From NCBI GenBank assembly GCA_023436025.1, contig JAEZKX010000178.1:1-49096 (forward strand): a DNA stretch of 49,096 nucleotides. The letters run 5' to 3'. Under the pieces are notes generated by a model, which saw only the letters and a list, made by a program, of their open reading frames with translations, was not told where the DNA came from and did not search any database. The stretch comes from Pseudomonadota bacterium. GTDB taxonomy: Bacteria > Pseudomonadota > Gammaproteobacteria > Burkholderiales > Burkholderiaceae_C. The position numbers were made by a program, and so were the translations under genes. This document shows, piece by piece, positions 49,012-49,096 of this stretch. Position 1 is the stretch's first letter. Every line of letters begins with the position of its first letter.

Positions 49012-49096
49012 TCAGGCCGCGGCTTGCAGCGGATCGCGCAGGCCGGCGATCTCGTCGGCCAGCGCGCGGTCCTGCAGTTGCACCTGCAGGCAGTCC
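49012..49096 (-). CDS. C-terminal end of an unidentified gene upstream of coaX (partial)
   Basis: Open frame [27 protein letters not shown] with host-like codon usage. Confidence 0.55.
   Translation of the reverse strand, partial: DCLQVQLQDRALADEIAGLRDPLQAAA

Overview
High-GC (about 70% by eye) betaproteobacterial chromosomal window. Gene content and order (argB with slmA, type III CoaX, LysR/RND, TRAP) suggest Comamonadaceae (Ramlibacter/Variovorax-like); this is inference. Left to right: (1) a LysR-controlled MexEF-OprN/CeoAB-type RND efflux operon led by an alpha/beta-hydrolase lacking its catalytic Ser; (2) a GntR-regulated sugar-acid catabolic cluster (TRAP, UxaA-family dehydratase, two SDRs, FAH hydrolase, Ldh2-family dehydrogenase); (3) pdeM, slmA, a two-component system and argB; (4) a ~16 kb ABC-transporter-dependent surface polysaccharide locus (rmlBDAC, wzm/wzt, glycosyltransferases, WecA-like initiator). 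Its centrepiece is a 1746-aa protein fusing a methyltransferase, coiled-coil, repeats, a degenerate GH99-like domain, GT2 and GT4; (5) PHA-granule accessory genes (phasin, PhaD-like TetR, TPR protein, acyl-CoA-binding protein, PHA-system protein) with no synthase in the window; (6) a molybdopterin oxidoreductase, peptidases/deacylases and coaX. I saw no rRNA, tRNA, CRISPR array, integrase or transposase. The main non-coding signals are two related intergenic elements (octamer array plus a CGC-periodic inverted-repeat arm) at ~39.6 and ~44.5 kb, a perfect heptamer tandem repeat at 9069-9122, and several apparently leaderless starts. All family calls come from recognising motifs by eye; no database search was run.
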